From NCBI GenBank assembly GCA_046753845.1, contig JBHHUP010000002.1, positions 11,061-75,060 of the forward strand: DNA of 64,000 bases, written 5' to 3'. Shown here in pieces: positions 18,299 to 29,163 of the stretch (positions are counted from its first letter, which is position 1; each line of letters starts with the position of its first letter). The notes beneath the pieces are model-generated. The model was given only the letters and a program-made list of their open reading frames with translations. It did not search any database and was not told where the DNA came from. The position numbers and the translations under genes were made by a program. Source of the DNA: Thermodesulfobacteriota bacterium. GTDB lineage: Bacteria > Desulfobacterota > GWC2-55-46 > JADFVP01.

Positions 18299-20833
18299 AT
18301 GGCTACAGTAATTGTAAATGGTAAGACGATATCCGTAAAGGACGGCACGCTTATACTTGATGCCGCCAGGGATGCAGGCGTGGAGATACCCACTTTCTGC
18401 TACCAGGCGGATCTCATGGGCGTTGGCTCATGCAGGATGTGTCTTGTGGAGATAGAGGGTCAGAAAAAGCTTCAGCCCTCGTGTATAACCCCTGTTATGG
18501 AAGGCATGAGCATACAGACCGAGACGCCTGAGATACTAAAGGCAAGGCAGGGGGTACTGGAGTTCTTTCTATCCAATCATGCCCTTGATTGCCCTGTCTG
18601 CGATAAGGGCGGCGAGTGCGAGTTGCAGGATATGGTCTATCAGCACGGCCCTGTAGAGGGCAGGTATGCTGAGAGTAAACACCGTTTTCATGAGAAAGAT
18701 TATAATCTCAGCCCCGTAATAGTTAAGAACTCCAACCGCTGTGTGCAATGTCTGCGCTGCGTGAGGGTATGCGATGAGGTCGTTGGCCGCAGCGTACTGG
18801 CCTCTCTTGGACGCGGTCATGAGCAGGAGGAGACAAGCTTTTTAAGGAGCCAGCTTGATTGCGACCACTGCGGCAACTGCATAGAGGTCTGCCCTGTGGG
18901 ATGTTTCATGCGTCTTCCCTACAGGTATAAATCAAGGCCATGGGATCTTAAAGGCGCAGACACGGTCTGCCCTTACTGCGCCACGGGCTGCAGGATGGTC
19001 GTAGAGCAGCGAGACGGCGAGGTCTTACGGGCAAGGGCCCAGCTTGGCGTGGGGATTAACAGCGAGACCCTCTGCGCACGCGGCAGGTTTGGTTTTGATT
19101 TCATTAATGACCCCAAGCGTCTGACTACCCCCCTTGTGAAAAAATTCGGCAAACTGGAGCCCGCGACATGGGAGGAGGCCCTGGAGTTTATAAGTGAAAA
19201 TTTATCCGGCATAGATGGTGCGAGGATAGGCGGCATTGCCTCACCTGTCCTGACTAACGAGGAGCTCTATTCTTTTCAGAAACTTATGCGCTTTACCCTT
19301 GGAAGCCCCAATATAGATTCATCTACAAGGTGGGACCCCGCTGTAGTTGAGAATTATATCGAAGCTTCGGCCATGGCCGGCGGAGGCGTAAGTGTCTTTG
19401 ATGTGGCGGAGGCCGATACCCTCTTTGTCGCAGGCTCACAGCTCTCTGATGAGAACCCTATTGTAGATTACATAGCGCGCCGTATCAGCGCGACACACGA
19501 TACGAGGATAATAGTGGCCTCGCCTCGCGATATGAAGCTTGATTCATCGGCGGGGCTCTCCTTAAGGCATATTCCCGGAGGACTTGGCGCACTTATGAAG
19601 GCGGCCGCCCTCTCCCTGTATGAATCCAATCAGGATAAACTTCAGGGTGTTGCAGGGGCAGAGGACCTTGCCGGACTCTCGGCGGAAGTACTTATTGCCG
19701 AGGCGGGTATTTCAGCTCAAGAGCTTGCCGGAGTTATAAAGAGATTTGAAAAAGCCGCTACCGTAGGCATAACAGCAGGTACGGATTTACTGAGGCAGTC
19801 ATGCGGATTGTCTCCTCTCGGGCTTTTATCCGATGTCCTTACTGCCCTTGGTAAAAAGGTTCTTATCCTACCCATACTTGACAGGGCCAATCAGAGGGGC
19901 GCCTGGGAGATGGGAGTCTTGCCGGGTCTTGCGCCGGGTTACGCTGCGGCCCCTAAGAGGGGGCTTGGTACAGAGCAAATGCTCAAGGCGGCGGTCTCCG
20001 GCGGCCTTGATGCCATGTATATAATCGGCGAGGACCCTGTAGGTGAGAACCCTCTCGGGGTATCTGCTTTTGATGCTACATCTAAAGAGGGTTTTCTTCT
20101 TGTTCAGGATACAGTCTTCACTGAGACTGCCGCTATGGCGGATTGTGTGCTTCCCGGGGCTTTTCCTGCAGAGAAGGACGGCACCTTTACTAATCAGGAG
20201 GGAAGGGTGCAGGCTATGAGGAGGCTTAAGGCCCCGCCAGGTGATGCTATGGCGGATCTTAAGATAATAACGTGCCTCTCTAATACGCTTTCTTCTACTA
20301 AAGCTGCTTGTGTCTGTCAAAAGACCGCATCCCTGCATGTCTTTAATGAGATAAGAAAAGAGGCTCCTGCTTACGCCGGGGTAAGCCTTGAGTTTAATAA
20401 CAGGAAGAATAAGCTTGATGATCTTGATAATAAAGATGCCTTGGTAAATGCCTCAGAGGGCGGTTTTACGCCAGCCCCTATGCCGACCTGCGAGGCGGCT
20501 GAAAAGCAGAGGGCAGATGGGGAGTTTCTCCTTATAACGGGCAATACCCTCTTTCATTCAGGGCAGCTCTCTCACCGTTCACCGACTCTTTCGGGGCTGC
20601 AAAAAGGCGCTGCTCTGGAGTTAAGCGAGGGCGATGCAGTGGTCTTGGGGCTTTCTGGCGGCGAAGATGCCAGAGTGCGGGGTAATGGCTACGAGGTTAC
20701 CTTGCCCGTAAGGCCGAGAAAAGGCATGAGAGATGGTGTCGCCTATATACCCGAGTTTTTCCCGGGTGTATCTGTAGGAAAATTTTTCCCGGAAGGGGTC
20801 TCTGTACCGGTGGTTACGATAAAAAAACCTTGA
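18299..20833 (+). CDS. nuoG: NADH-quinone oxidoreductase subunit G
   Basis: N-terminal 2Fe-2S and 4Fe-4S Cys clusters, followed by a molybdopterin-like domain. 844 aa. Confidence 0.9.
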   Translation: MATVIVNGKTISVKDGTLILDAARDAGVEIPTFCYQADLMGVGSCRMCLVEIEGQKKLQPSCITPVMEGMSIQTETPEILKARQGVLEFFLSNHALDCPVCDKGGECELQDMVYQHGPVEGRYAESKHRFHEKDYNLSPVIVKNSNRCVQCLRCVRVCDEVVGRSVLASLGRGHEQEETSFLRSQLDCDHCGNCIEVCPVGCFMRLPYRYKSRPWDLKGADTVCPYCATGCRMVVEQRDGEVLRARAQLGVGINSETLCARGRFGFDFINDPKRLTTPLVKKFGKLEPATWEEALEFISENLSGIDGARIGGIASPVLTNEELYSFQKLMRFTLGSPNIDSSTRWDPAVVENYIEASAMAGGGVSVFDVAEADTLFVAGSQLSDENPIVDYIARRISATHDTRIIVASPRDMKLDSSAGLSLRHIPGGLGALMKAAALSLYESNQDKLQGVAGAEDLAGLSAEVLIAEAGISAQELAGVIKRFEKAATVGITAGTDLLRQSCGLSPLGLLSDVLTALGKKVLILPILDRANQRGAWEMGVLPGLAPGYAAAPKRGLGTEQMLKAAVSGGLDAMYIIGEDPVGENPLGVSAFDATSKEGFLLVQDTVFTETAAMADCVLPGAFPAEKDGTFTNQEGRVQAMRRLKAPPGDAMADLKIITCLSNTLSSTKAACVCQKTASLHVFNEIRKEAPAYAGVSLEFNNRKNKLDDLDNKDALVNASEGGFTPAPMPTCEAAEKQRADGEFLLITGNTLFHSGQLSHRSPTLSGLQKGAALELSEGDAVVLGLSGGEDARVRGNGYEVTLPVRPRKGMRDGVAYIPEFFPGVSVGKFFPEGVSVPVVTIKKP

Positions 20834-21001
20834 CCCCTTGGATTCGCGGGGGCATGATGGGGCTAAGCATTAAATGAAGCCATCTTGTAAAGTGTTAGCG
20901 GGTGGAGTATACCCGGAGCGTGTAGATAGCGTGGTCGATAGAGTCGTTTTGAGAACGCGACTTCTAAAAGAAGCCTCTTTTGCAGGGGCCGGAGGTGTAC
21001 T

Positions 21002-21478
21002 ATGATAGACCCTGAGCTTTTAAGAGAACAGCAGTTCTTCGCTGACCTTACGGATGAAGAGGTAGCGGTGGTGGCCGGTGTTACGCAAAAAGCCAGTTAC
21101 AACCTTGGTGATACCATCTTTAAGGAATCCGAGGATGGCCAGTCCATATATATTATAAAGAGCGGTGAGGTCAAGGCCTGCAAGACCGCTCCTGACGGAG
21201 AGCTCTTTACGCTGACGATAATGAGGGAAGGTGAAATTTTCGGTGAGATGAGTTTTCTTGACGGCCGGCCTCATACCTCTACCATCGTAGCCATAGCCGA
21301 TCTTAAGGTATATGTCATTAACAGAAAAGACTTTGAGACCATCATCGAGGGGCATCCCTGGATTGTATATAAGCTAATGAAGAATATTGTCTTTACCATA
21401 CACGCCATTGTACGCGGCATGAACTCTCGGTACATGGAGATGATAAACTACATGTGGGGCAGAAAGCGGTTCAATTAG
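21002..21478 (+). CDS. stand-alone cyclic-nucleotide-binding (cNMP) domain protein
   Basis: 158 aa. Beta-roll pattern IFKESEDGQSIYIIKSGEV...GEIFGEMSFLDGRPHTSTIVA. Confidence 0.8.
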   Translation: MIDPELLREQQFFADLTDEEVAVVAGVTQKASYNLGDTIFKESEDGQSIYIIKSGEVKACKTAPDGELFTLTIMREGEIFGEMSFLDGRPHTSTIVAIADLKVYVINRKDFETIIEGHPWIVYKLMKNIVFTIHAIVRGMNSRYMEMINYMWGRKRFN

Positions 21479-21587
21479 CCGCGGCCACGGGGCCTATCAG
21501 TAAGACCTCGGGGCAGATTAAGCGATTTGGATTTATTAGAGCAGGAACAGGCGACCTTAGGAAGTTAATCTTTTAGGGCGATAGACA

Positions 21588-22631
21588 ATGATTAATACAG
21601 CTCTTCTCTTAACAATTATAGTCATGGTGATAAAGGTAGGCCTTCTCACGATGATACTCTTTTCCCTGCCCATGCCTCTTACATGGCTTGAGAGAAAGGT
21701 CGCCGGTCATATCCACGCCAGGCTCGGCCCCTTCAGGGTTGGTCCTCATGGGATTATGCAGCCCCTTGCCGATACCATTAAACTACTCTTTAAAGAGGAT
21801 ATCGTCCCTGAAAAGGCCGATAAGCTTATCTTCAAACTCGCCCCGCTAATAGCCATGATACCTGCATTTGCAGTCTTTGTGGCCATACCTGTGGGCGGAA
21901 CATGGACAGTGCCCTTTATCGATGTGGAGATGAACCTCTATGTGACGGATATGAACGTAGGGCTTCTTTACATCCTCGCCATGGGCGGTCTTGGTATCTA
22001 CGGAATCATCTTTGGCGGGTGGGCTTCGAACAGCAAGTACGCCCTTCTTGGCGGCTTGAGGAGCGCGGCGCAGATGATAAGCTACGAGGTGGCGCTCTCT
22101 TTTGCCGCCGTAGGCGTAGTTATGATGTCAAATTCCCTTAGCCTTGTTGATATAGTAAATACTCAAGGCGGAGGGTTCTGGAACTGGAACTTCTTTTATC
22201 TCCCAGTTGGCCCGGTCTGGTTTTGTATCTTCATAATAGCAGGTTCTGCGGAGATAAACCGCATACCCTTTGATCTTGCCGAGGATGAGGGAACGCTTGC
22301 CGCGGGTTTCCATACTGAGTACAGCGGTATGAAGTTTTCATTCTTCATGCTCGCCGAGTACATAGCCCTTGTAACCATATCCGTCCTTGCGGTGGTGCTC
22401 TTTTTCGGCGGATGGCACCCGCCCGTGGACTACACGATACCTTATGTGCCCATAGCCTTTATATGGCTCTCCTGGTTCGTTATTAAGGTGGCGGTATTTA
22501 TCTATATGTTCATGTGGGTACGTTTTACTCTGCCAAGGTACAGGTATGATCAGCTCATGAATATAGGCTGGAAGATATTAATCCCAATATCTCTTGTGAA
22601 TATCCTGATTACAGGATTTATGAGAATATAG
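21588..22631 (+). CDS. nuoH: NADH-quinone oxidoreductase subunit H
   Basis: Eight-TM protein with LERKVAGHIHARLGP and the EYSGMKF motif. Confidence 0.93.
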   Translation: MINTALLLTIIVMVIKVGLLTMILFSLPMPLTWLERKVAGHIHARLGPFRVGPHGIMQPLADTIKLLFKEDIVPEKADKLIFKLAPLIAMIPAFAVFVAIPVGGTWTVPFIDVEMNLYVTDMNVGLLYILAMGGLGIYGIIFGGWASNSKYALLGGLRSAAQMISYEVALSFAAVGVVMMSNSLSLVDIVNTQGGGFWNWNFFYLPVGPVWFCIFIIAGSAEINRIPFDLAEDEGTLAAGFHTEYSGMKFSFFMLAEYIALVTISVLAVVLFFGGWHPPVDYTIPYVPIAFIWLSWFVIKVAVFIYMFMWVRFTLPRYRYDQLMNIGWKILIPISLVNILITGFMRI

Positions 22632-22662
22632 CGGTTCAGACTTACCCTTGAGGTGTTGTTTT

Positions 22663-23244
22663 ATGAATTGCAGCTGCGGTGTCGGGAAGAGAATAAAGAG
22701 CTTTGTAAAGAGCGCGCTCTTTCTCGACTTTATAAAGGGGATGCACGTTACTCTGGGATACCTTTTTTCAAAGAGTATTACCATCAGATACCCTGATGAG
22801 GAAAAGTGGATACCATACCAGAGGTTTCGTGGGCGTCATACTCTTAACAAGACCTCTGAAGGCAAGGAGCTCTGCGTTGCCTGCGAGCTCTGCTCAAAGG
22901 CCTGCCCTACAAAGTGCATTACCGTCATACCCATGGAGGATGATACAGGCATCGGCATAACCGACAGGGTGGCCAAGGTCTGGAAGGTTGATCTGGTAAG
23001 GTGTCTTTTCTGCGGTTACTGCGAGGATGCCTGCCCAACACGCGCCGTAAGGCTCGGCAGAGAGTATGAGCTATCGACCTCGGATATAAGCCGGACTAAA
23101 TTTGAGAAAAGAGAGCTCCTGCTGCCTGAATCCATACCTGAGCAGGTACATGGCGGCGGCATCGCCAAGGCAAAGTTTGTTAGAGACAAGGACGGCATCA
23201 AGGTCGTGGCTAACCTTGGAAAGATGAAGAAGATGCACTGGTAG
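22663..23244 (+). CDS. nuoI: NADH-quinone oxidoreductase subunit I
   Basis: Two CxxCxxCxxxCP ferredoxin motifs. ATG at 22663 has a GAGGTG RBS. The track start is TTG at 22648. Confidence 0.9.
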   Translation: MNCSCGVGKRIKSFVKSALFLDFIKGMHVTLGYLFSKSITIRYPDEEKWIPYQRFRGRHTLNKTSEGKELCVACELCSKACPTKCITVIPMEDDTGIGITDRVAKVWKVDLVRCLFCGYCEDACPTRAVRLGREYELSTSDISRTKFEKRELLLPESIPEQVHGGGIAKAKFVRDKDGIKVVANLGKMKKMHW

Positions 23245-23383
23245 CCGGGCCGCTTCATGGCACCAGGTTATAGGCAAAGCAGAGGTTTACAGAGGTTGGG
23301 TAGTAGAATTACGGGAATTAAGTTTATCCCCGGCCTGATGGCCGCAGTGTTCAGAATTATTAAGAAAGTAAATTAAGAGGGGC

Positions 23384-23896
23384 ATGGAACAGATTTTTTT
23401 CTACATATTCGCCGTCATAGCCGTAGTAGCTGCGGTCTCAGTGGTAGTCTCGCGTAACCCAGTACATAGCGCGCTATTCCTAATTGTCGCTCTTTTACAG
23501 GTGGCGGCTATCTTTGTGCTTTTGCGCGCTCCGTTTCTGGCCGCGGCGCAGGTCTTTGTATACGTGGGCGCCGTTATGGTCCTCTTTCTCTTTACAGTGC
23601 TTGTACTTGATATCGGTAAAGAGACCGTAGTTGAATATATGCACAGTCACGCCTTTGCCGCCGTGGGGGCCGTAGTGGCTCTCTTTGTGGTGCTGGCCTA
23701 TATTGCCTCGCGAGGCCACATAACCGTACCTCAAGGCGGATACACAGAGCAGCTCCTTGCAAAGAACGTCGAGGTAGTTGGAAAGGCACTATTTACAAAG
23801 TATATATTCCCCTTTGAGGTGGTCTCCCTCTTGCTGCTTATCGCCCTTGTGGGAGCTATCGTTCTTGTTATGAATGAGAAGGGCAGAGATAATTAA
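23384..23896 (+). CDS. nuoJ: NADH-quinone oxidoreductase subunit J
   Basis: Hydrophobic 170 aa protein with NPVHSALFL N-terminal motif, in the expected operon position. Confidence 0.88.
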   Translation: MEQIFFYIFAVIAVVAAVSVVVSRNPVHSALFLIVALLQVAAIFVLLRAPFLAAAQVFVYVGAVMVLFLFTVLVLDIGKETVVEYMHSHAFAAVGAVVALFVVLAYIASRGHITVPQGGYTEQLLAKNVEVVGKALFTKYIFPFEVVSLLLLIALVGAIVLVMNEKGRDN

Positions 23897-23923
23897 GAGA
23901 CTTATAATAAGGCTGAAAAAAAC

Positions 23924-24226
23924 ATGGTAACTCTGACGCATTATCTCATTCTTAGTTTTCTTCTCTTCTCCATCGGTGTAGCCGGTGTGCTGATGAGGCG
24001 TAATATAATCATTATACTCATGTCAATGGAGCTTATCTTTAACTCCGTTAATATAAGTCTCGCGGCGTTCTCCTACTACATGCATTCGCTCTCTGGTACG
24101 CTTCTTGTAGTCTTTAATATAACGATAGCCGCGGCTGAGGTTGCCATAGGTCTTGCCATACTCGTTGCCGTGTACCGCCGCAGAAAGACTGTTTATGTGG
24201 ATGAACTTAATAAACTGAGGTACTGA
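23924..24226 (+). CDS. nuoK: NADH-quinone oxidoreductase subunit K
   Basis: 100 aa with three TM helices and the MSMELIFNSVN motif. Confidence 0.9.
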   Translation: MVTLTHYLILSFLLFSIGVAGVLMRRNIIIILMSMELIFNSVNISLAAFSYYMHSLSGTLLVVFNITIAAAEVAIGLAILVAVYRRRKTVYVDELNKLRY

Positions 24227-26085
24227 TGTATATCTGGGCGCTTCTTATACTACCGCTGCTCTCCGCCGTTCTTATAACCCTTGTGACGAGGCGTTCCAAG
24301 GAAGTGAGCTCCTATATTTCCATCGGGGCGGTGATAGCCTGTTTCTTTATAGTATTACCGATATTTCTCAGGTTTGTAGGTGCTCCGCACTCTGAACATC
24401 TGGAGGGCTCTTTCCGATGGATAGGAGTGCCGGGAATGCTGGTGGAGATAGGCTACCTTATCGACCCGCTAAGCGTTCTTATGCTATTTATCGTTACCTT
24501 CGTCGGTACGCTGATCCACATATATTCAAGGGGATACATGCACGGGGACCCCGGTTACTCGAGATTTTTCGCCTGTCTCTCATTATTCATATTCTCCATG
24601 CTCGGCATTGTACTTGCGAATAACCTCATAATGATATACATCTTCTGGGAGCTCGTGGGGCTTAGCTCTTACCTGCTCATTGGTTTTTATTTTGAGAAAC
24701 CCGCTGCAAGCGATGCCGCAAAAAAGGCATTTCTTGTTAACAGGATAGGCGACTTTGGTTTCGCCCTTGGTATATTCGTTATATTTTACGCATCAGGCAG
24801 CTTTAACTTCCTTGATATAGAGCATGCTGTGCACGCAGGCCATCTATCTTCAAATACCATGCTCCTTGGCTCCTTGCTGCTCTTCTGCGGCGCCGTAGGT
24901 AAATCTGCGCAGTTTCCTCTCCATGTCTGGCTCCCTGACGCAATGGAAGGCCCCACGCCTGTCTCGGCCCTTATCCATGCTGCTACAATGGTGGCCGCCG
25001 GCGTGTATATGCTGGCAAGAATTTCGTTCCTCTTATATGCGGCCCCGCCTGCCGCTACGACTGTAATAGCTTACACAGGCGGCATAACTGCTCTTGGTGC
25101 GGCCCTTCTTGCCCTCGGTCAATCGGATATTAAGAGGGTTATAGCGTTCTCAACCCTAAGCTCTCTGGGGTATATGGTCCTTAGCGTGGGCGTTGGAAGC
25201 GCCACGGCAGGTATGTTCTACCTCATGACACATGCCTTCTTTAAGGCCCTGCTCTTTCTCTGCGCCGGCAGCGTAATCCATGCCTGCCACACCAATGACA
25301 TCTGGCACATGGGCGCTTTATCGCCAAAGATGAAGATAACAGCCGCTACCTTTATCCTCGGCAGTCTCGCCATGATGGGTGTCTTCCCCTTCAGCGGTTT
25401 CTGGAGTAAAGACGAGATACTCTCTGCCACCTTTGCCAACGGTGACATGGTGCTGTACGGAGCAGGCGTTCTGACGGCCTTTATCACCGGCATATTCATG
25501 ACAAAACTCATACTCGTCACCTTTTTCGGTAAGAAACGGTATCATGGCACCCCACATGAATCTCCGGCATCCATGACTATACCGCTTATCATCCTAGCTA
25601 TCTTCGCCGTCTTTGTCGGTCTTGTAGGGCTGCCTCAGCTGGACCCCAACTTCGGTTCTTTTCTCGGACTCCACGGGGGGCATCACGGCGCTGAGCACGG
25701 GTTTAATATGACAGTAGCCGTAAGCTCTACCATTGTGGTCTTTGCCGGAATCATCATAGGCTTTCTCACCTATTACACCGGCACGATTAATCCCGATAAG
25801 ATGTACATAATTTTCAGGAGACCGTATCGCGTACTTGAGAACAGGTTTTACATAGACCATTTTTACGATAACTTCCTCGTAGCTAAGATCTATAACCAGG
25901 TCGCACGGATATCCAGCTATATTGAGGTAAATATAATCATCCACTTTTTTATAAACGGCTCTGCCTACATTACAAGGCACGTGGGACTTTTCCTGCGCTC
26001 CACAATTACGGGCGGAGTGCAGCATTACGCCTTTTTCATGGTCTCGGGCGTAGTAGCTTTGATAATAATATACGCTTTAACTTAA
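24226..26085 (+). CDS. nuoL: NADH-quinone oxidoreductase subunit L
   Basis: 619 aa antiporter-like subunit (WLPDAMEGPTPVSALIHAATMV). TGATG overlap with nuoK. Confidence 0.92.
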   Translation: MYIWALLILPLLSAVLITLVTRRSKEVSSYISIGAVIACFFIVLPIFLRFVGAPHSEHLEGSFRWIGVPGMLVEIGYLIDPLSVLMLFIVTFVGTLIHIYSRGYMHGDPGYSRFFACLSLFIFSMLGIVLANNLIMIYIFWELVGLSSYLLIGFYFEKPAASDAAKKAFLVNRIGDFGFALGIFVIFYASGSFNFLDIEHAVHAGHLSSNTMLLGSLLLFCGAVGKSAQFPLHVWLPDAMEGPTPVSALIHAATMVAAGVYMLARISFLLYAAPPAATTVIAYTGGITALGAALLALGQSDIKRVIAFSTLSSLGYMVLSVGVGSATAGMFYLMTHAFFKALLFLCAGSVIHACHTNDIWHMGALSPKMKITAATFILGSLAMMGVFPFSGFWSKDEILSATFANGDMVLYGAGVLTAFITGIFMTKLILVTFFGKKRYHGTPHESPASMTIPLIILAIFAVFVGLVGLPQLDPNFGSFLGLHGGHHGAEHGFNMTVAVSSTIVVFAGIIIGFLTYYTGTINPDKMYIIFRRPYRVLENRFYIDHFYDNFLVAKIYNQVARISSYIEVNIIIHFFINGSAYITRHVGLFLRSTITGGVQHYAFFMVSGVVALIIIYALT

Positions 26086-26152
26086 GGGCAAAGACCTCTT
26101 ATGCCTCCATGGCAAAGAGGGAACTTTAACGAAGGAAAAAAGGTAAAACAAC

Positions 26153-27649
26153 GTGGAAGGCTTTCCTGTAATATCGGCGATAATACTCGCGCCTCTCATA
26201 GCCGTAATAATTCTTATCTTTGTAAACGATAAGGACCATGGGCTGATACACGGCATCGCGGTGGCGGCCACAGCCATCCCCCTTGCCCTCTCCCTCTATC
26301 TTCTTTTTGCCTACGATATGGCAAAGGGCGGATATCAGTTTGAGGAGAATATACCTTGGGTTAAATCCATGGGCATCAACTATCACGTTGGTGTAGACGG
26401 GATAAGCATCGCCATGGTTCTGCTAACGGCTATTGTTATATTTACCGCTGTATTCGTATCATGGAAGGGGATAACACACAGGGTTAAAGAGCATTATATC
26501 TTCCTTCTTCTCCTCGTTGCCGGAGTCTTCGGGGTCTTTACCTCACTGGATCTACTCTGTTTTTACTTCTTCTACGAGCTGGCGGTTATACCCATGTACC
26601 CCCTTATAGGCATATGGGGCAGCGCAAACCGCGAATACGCTACGATGAAACTTACGCTGTACTTAAGCCTTGGCGCCGTATTCGCCATGCTTGGTATACT
26701 CTCTATATATTTTGTAGCCGGGGCGCAGACAGGGCATTACACATTTGATATGGTGCAGCTCAGCCAGGTTACATTTGCCCACGGGTATCAGATAAAGGTC
26801 TTCTTACCCCTGCTCATAGGTTTTGGCGTACTTGTCCCGCTGGCCCCATTCCATTCATGGTCTCCTATAGGCCATGCCGCGGCGCCTTCGGCTGTTAGTA
26901 TGCTCCATGCCGGGGTTCTTATGAAGATAGGCGCTTATGGAATACTGCGCGTAGCCATGGGGCTTCTGCCTGAAGGGGCGTCTTTCTGGATGCCCGTTGT
27001 GGCGATTCTCTGCCTTATTAATATATTCTACGGCGGTATGGTTGCCATGGCCAGAAAGGACATGAAGTTCATGGTGGGCTACTCTTCATCGAGCCATATG
27101 GGATATGTCCTCCTGGGGTTTGCTACATTGAATCATATAGGCGTAAACGGCGCCGTGCTTCTCATGTTCGCTCACGGTATCATGACGGCACTTGCCTTCT
27201 CGCTAATCGGTTTTATTTATGACCAGACCCACACAAGGATGATGTACGATCTGCGGGGCCTTGCCGGTAAGCTGCCCTTTGTGGCCGTGGCATTTGCCGT
27301 TATGGCCTTTGCCTCAAGCGGTCTGCCGGGGCTTGCCAACTTTGTGGCAGAGGTGATGATATTTGTCGGCGCCTTTAAGGATTATCCCGTTCAGACTGTT
27401 ATATCTGTCTTTATGATAATAGTGACAGCCACTTATATGCTTCGGGCTATAAAGAACGTATTTTTCTGTGAAGAGTTGAAGAGGTGGGAGGGTATAAAGG
27501 ACGCCACGGGATTTGTGGAGAAGTTTCCATTCATCATTCTTATAGTTGTTCTCTTTATAGTTGGTTTTTATCCATCTATACTTCTTGATCTTATAAACAG
27601 TGGTGTGGACACCTTACTCTCACGCATACCTGTTTTGCCTATCAGTTGA
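26153..27649 (+). CDS. nuoM: NADH-quinone oxidoreductase subunit M
   Basis: 498 aa antiporter-like subunit. GTG start. Confidence 0.92.
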   Translation: MEGFPVISAIILAPLIAVIILIFVNDKDHGLIHGIAVAATAIPLALSLYLLFAYDMAKGGYQFEENIPWVKSMGINYHVGVDGISIAMVLLTAIVIFTAVFVSWKGITHRVKEHYIFLLLLVAGVFGVFTSLDLLCFYFFYELAVIPMYPLIGIWGSANREYATMKLTLYLSLGAVFAMLGILSIYFVAGAQTGHYTFDMVQLSQVTFAHGYQIKVFLPLLIGFGVLVPLAPFHSWSPIGHAAAPSAVSMLHAGVLMKIGAYGILRVAMGLLPEGASFWMPVVAILCLINIFYGGMVAMARKDMKFMVGYSSSSHMGYVLLGFATLNHIGVNGAVLLMFAHGIMTALAFSLIGFIYDQTHTRMMYDLRGLAGKLPFVAVAFAVMAFASSGLPGLANFVAEVMIFVGAFKDYPVQTVISVFMIIVTATYMLRAIKNVFFCEELKRWEGIKDATGFVEKFPFIILIVVLFIVGFYPSILLDLINSGVDTLLSRIPVLPIS

Positions 27650-27700
27650 GTTTGAAACGCGATCGCCGGATATTTAGTACACGTTAGAAAGGTTTTTTAA

Positions 27701-29137
27701 ATGGAAATGCACTTACAAAGACTTATACCTGAGTTCATCCTCCTGGGTTTTGCACTTGCCTTCCTCGTTGTAGGTTTTTTTATTCCCAAAGAGGCATCGA
27801 ATGGGTCAAGGAGGATATTCGGTATCGTTGGTATCATCGCCGCTATTGTTACCGGTGCCGGTTTGCTCTGCGCCACTTCCGGACCGGCGCTCTCCGGGAT
27901 GTTTATTCAGGACAATGTATCTATTTTCTTCAAGCTGTTATTCATTTTCGTACTTATATTTGTGCTCTTTACGACATTAAAATATGAACGTCACCTCTCG
28001 CAGTGGAAGACAGAGTTCTATGCGTTACTGCTCTTCGCTACAGCAGGTTTCATGTTCATCGCCTCAAGCTTTGATTTTATCAGTTTTTACGTTGCACTTG
28101 AGTTTGTTGCTGTTACGCAGTATGTACTTGTGGCTTTTCGAAAGGAGAATCCCGAGGGCATAGAGTCAGGGCTGAAGTATCTCATTACCGGGGCTCTCTC
28201 TTCGGGTTTTCTGCTCTACGGTATTAGTTTTATCTACGGTGCTACCGGGTCAACGGGTTTTGCCGAGGTAGCTGCCGTTGTACGAGACGGTTCTGCCAGC
28301 AACGCTTTCCTACTAATAGGTGTCTGCCTTGTTGTTATAGGCATAACATTTAAGATATCTGCTCTGCCATTTCATGTATGGGCCCCTGATGTGTATCAGG
28401 GCGCGCCAACTCCGGTAACGGCGTTCCTCGCCTCAGGTTCAAAGGCCGCCGGTTTTGTTATTCTGCTGAGGATACTATTTACCGCACTTGGCTCGGTAAA
28501 GACTGAGTGGATGATCCTGGTAGCGATTATTTCAGGTGCCACGCTCATATTCGGGAACCTCGCGGCCATGCCTCAAAAAGATATAAAGAGGCTTATCGCA
28601 TACGGTGGTATTGGTTCGGCCGGCTACCTCCTTATGGCTGTAGCGGCTGCATCTTCACTTGGCGCCGGTGCTGTAATGTTTTATCTTGTTGTCTACTCAA
28701 TATCCATACTGGCCAGCTTCGTGGCTATAGCAATCGTATATAATCATGAGGGCTCCTACCTTATCAGTACTTTTTCCGGGTTATCTCAGCGCTCTCCTCT
28801 TCTTGCCGCTACTCTTTTCATAGGGCTTCTCTCCATGGCCGGCATACCTCCGCTCGGTGGTTTTATAGCTAAATTCTACCTTATCGCCGCAGCTGTGCAG
28901 AGCGGTCTGCTGGTCCTTGCCGTAATAGGTGTGGTAATGGCAATCGTGGCCATGTACTATTTTCTCCTTGTAATAAAGAGCATGTATCTCAGGGAACCTA
29001 CTAACCCTGAGCCAATACACATTGATTGCGCGACGCGCGTAGTTTTATATATTCTTAACATACTTATTATTTTTCTTGGTGTATATCCCGGCCCGCTCAC
29101 GGATTGGGTCATGGGCATTGCCACGGTATTGTTTTAG
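27701..29137 (+). CDS. nuoN: NADH-quinone oxidoreductase subunit N
   Basis: 478 aa antiporter-like subunit (LPFHVWAPDVYQGAPTPVTAF). Confidence 0.9.
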   Translation: MEMHLQRLIPEFILLGFALAFLVVGFFIPKEASNGSRRIFGIVGIIAAIVTGAGLLCATSGPALSGMFIQDNVSIFFKLLFIFVLIFVLFTTLKYERHLSQWKTEFYALLLFATAGFMFIASSFDFISFYVALEFVAVTQYVLVAFRKENPEGIESGLKYLITGALSSGFLLYGISFIYGATGSTGFAEVAAVVRDGSASNAFLLIGVCLVVIGITFKISALPFHVWAPDVYQGAPTPVTAFLASGSKAAGFVILLRILFTALGSVKTEWMILVAIISGATLIFGNLAAMPQKDIKRLIAYGGIGSAGYLLMAVAAASSLGAGAVMFYLVVYSISILASFVAIAIVYNHEGSYLISTFSGLSQRSPLLAATLFIGLLSMAGIPPLGGFIAKFYLIAAAVQSGLLVLAVIGVVMAIVAMYYFLLVIKSMYLREPTNPEPIHIDCATRVVLYILNILIIFLGVYPGPLTDWVMGIATVLF

Positions 29138-29163
29138 TCTTTAAGTTTGGGGGTATACTCAAT

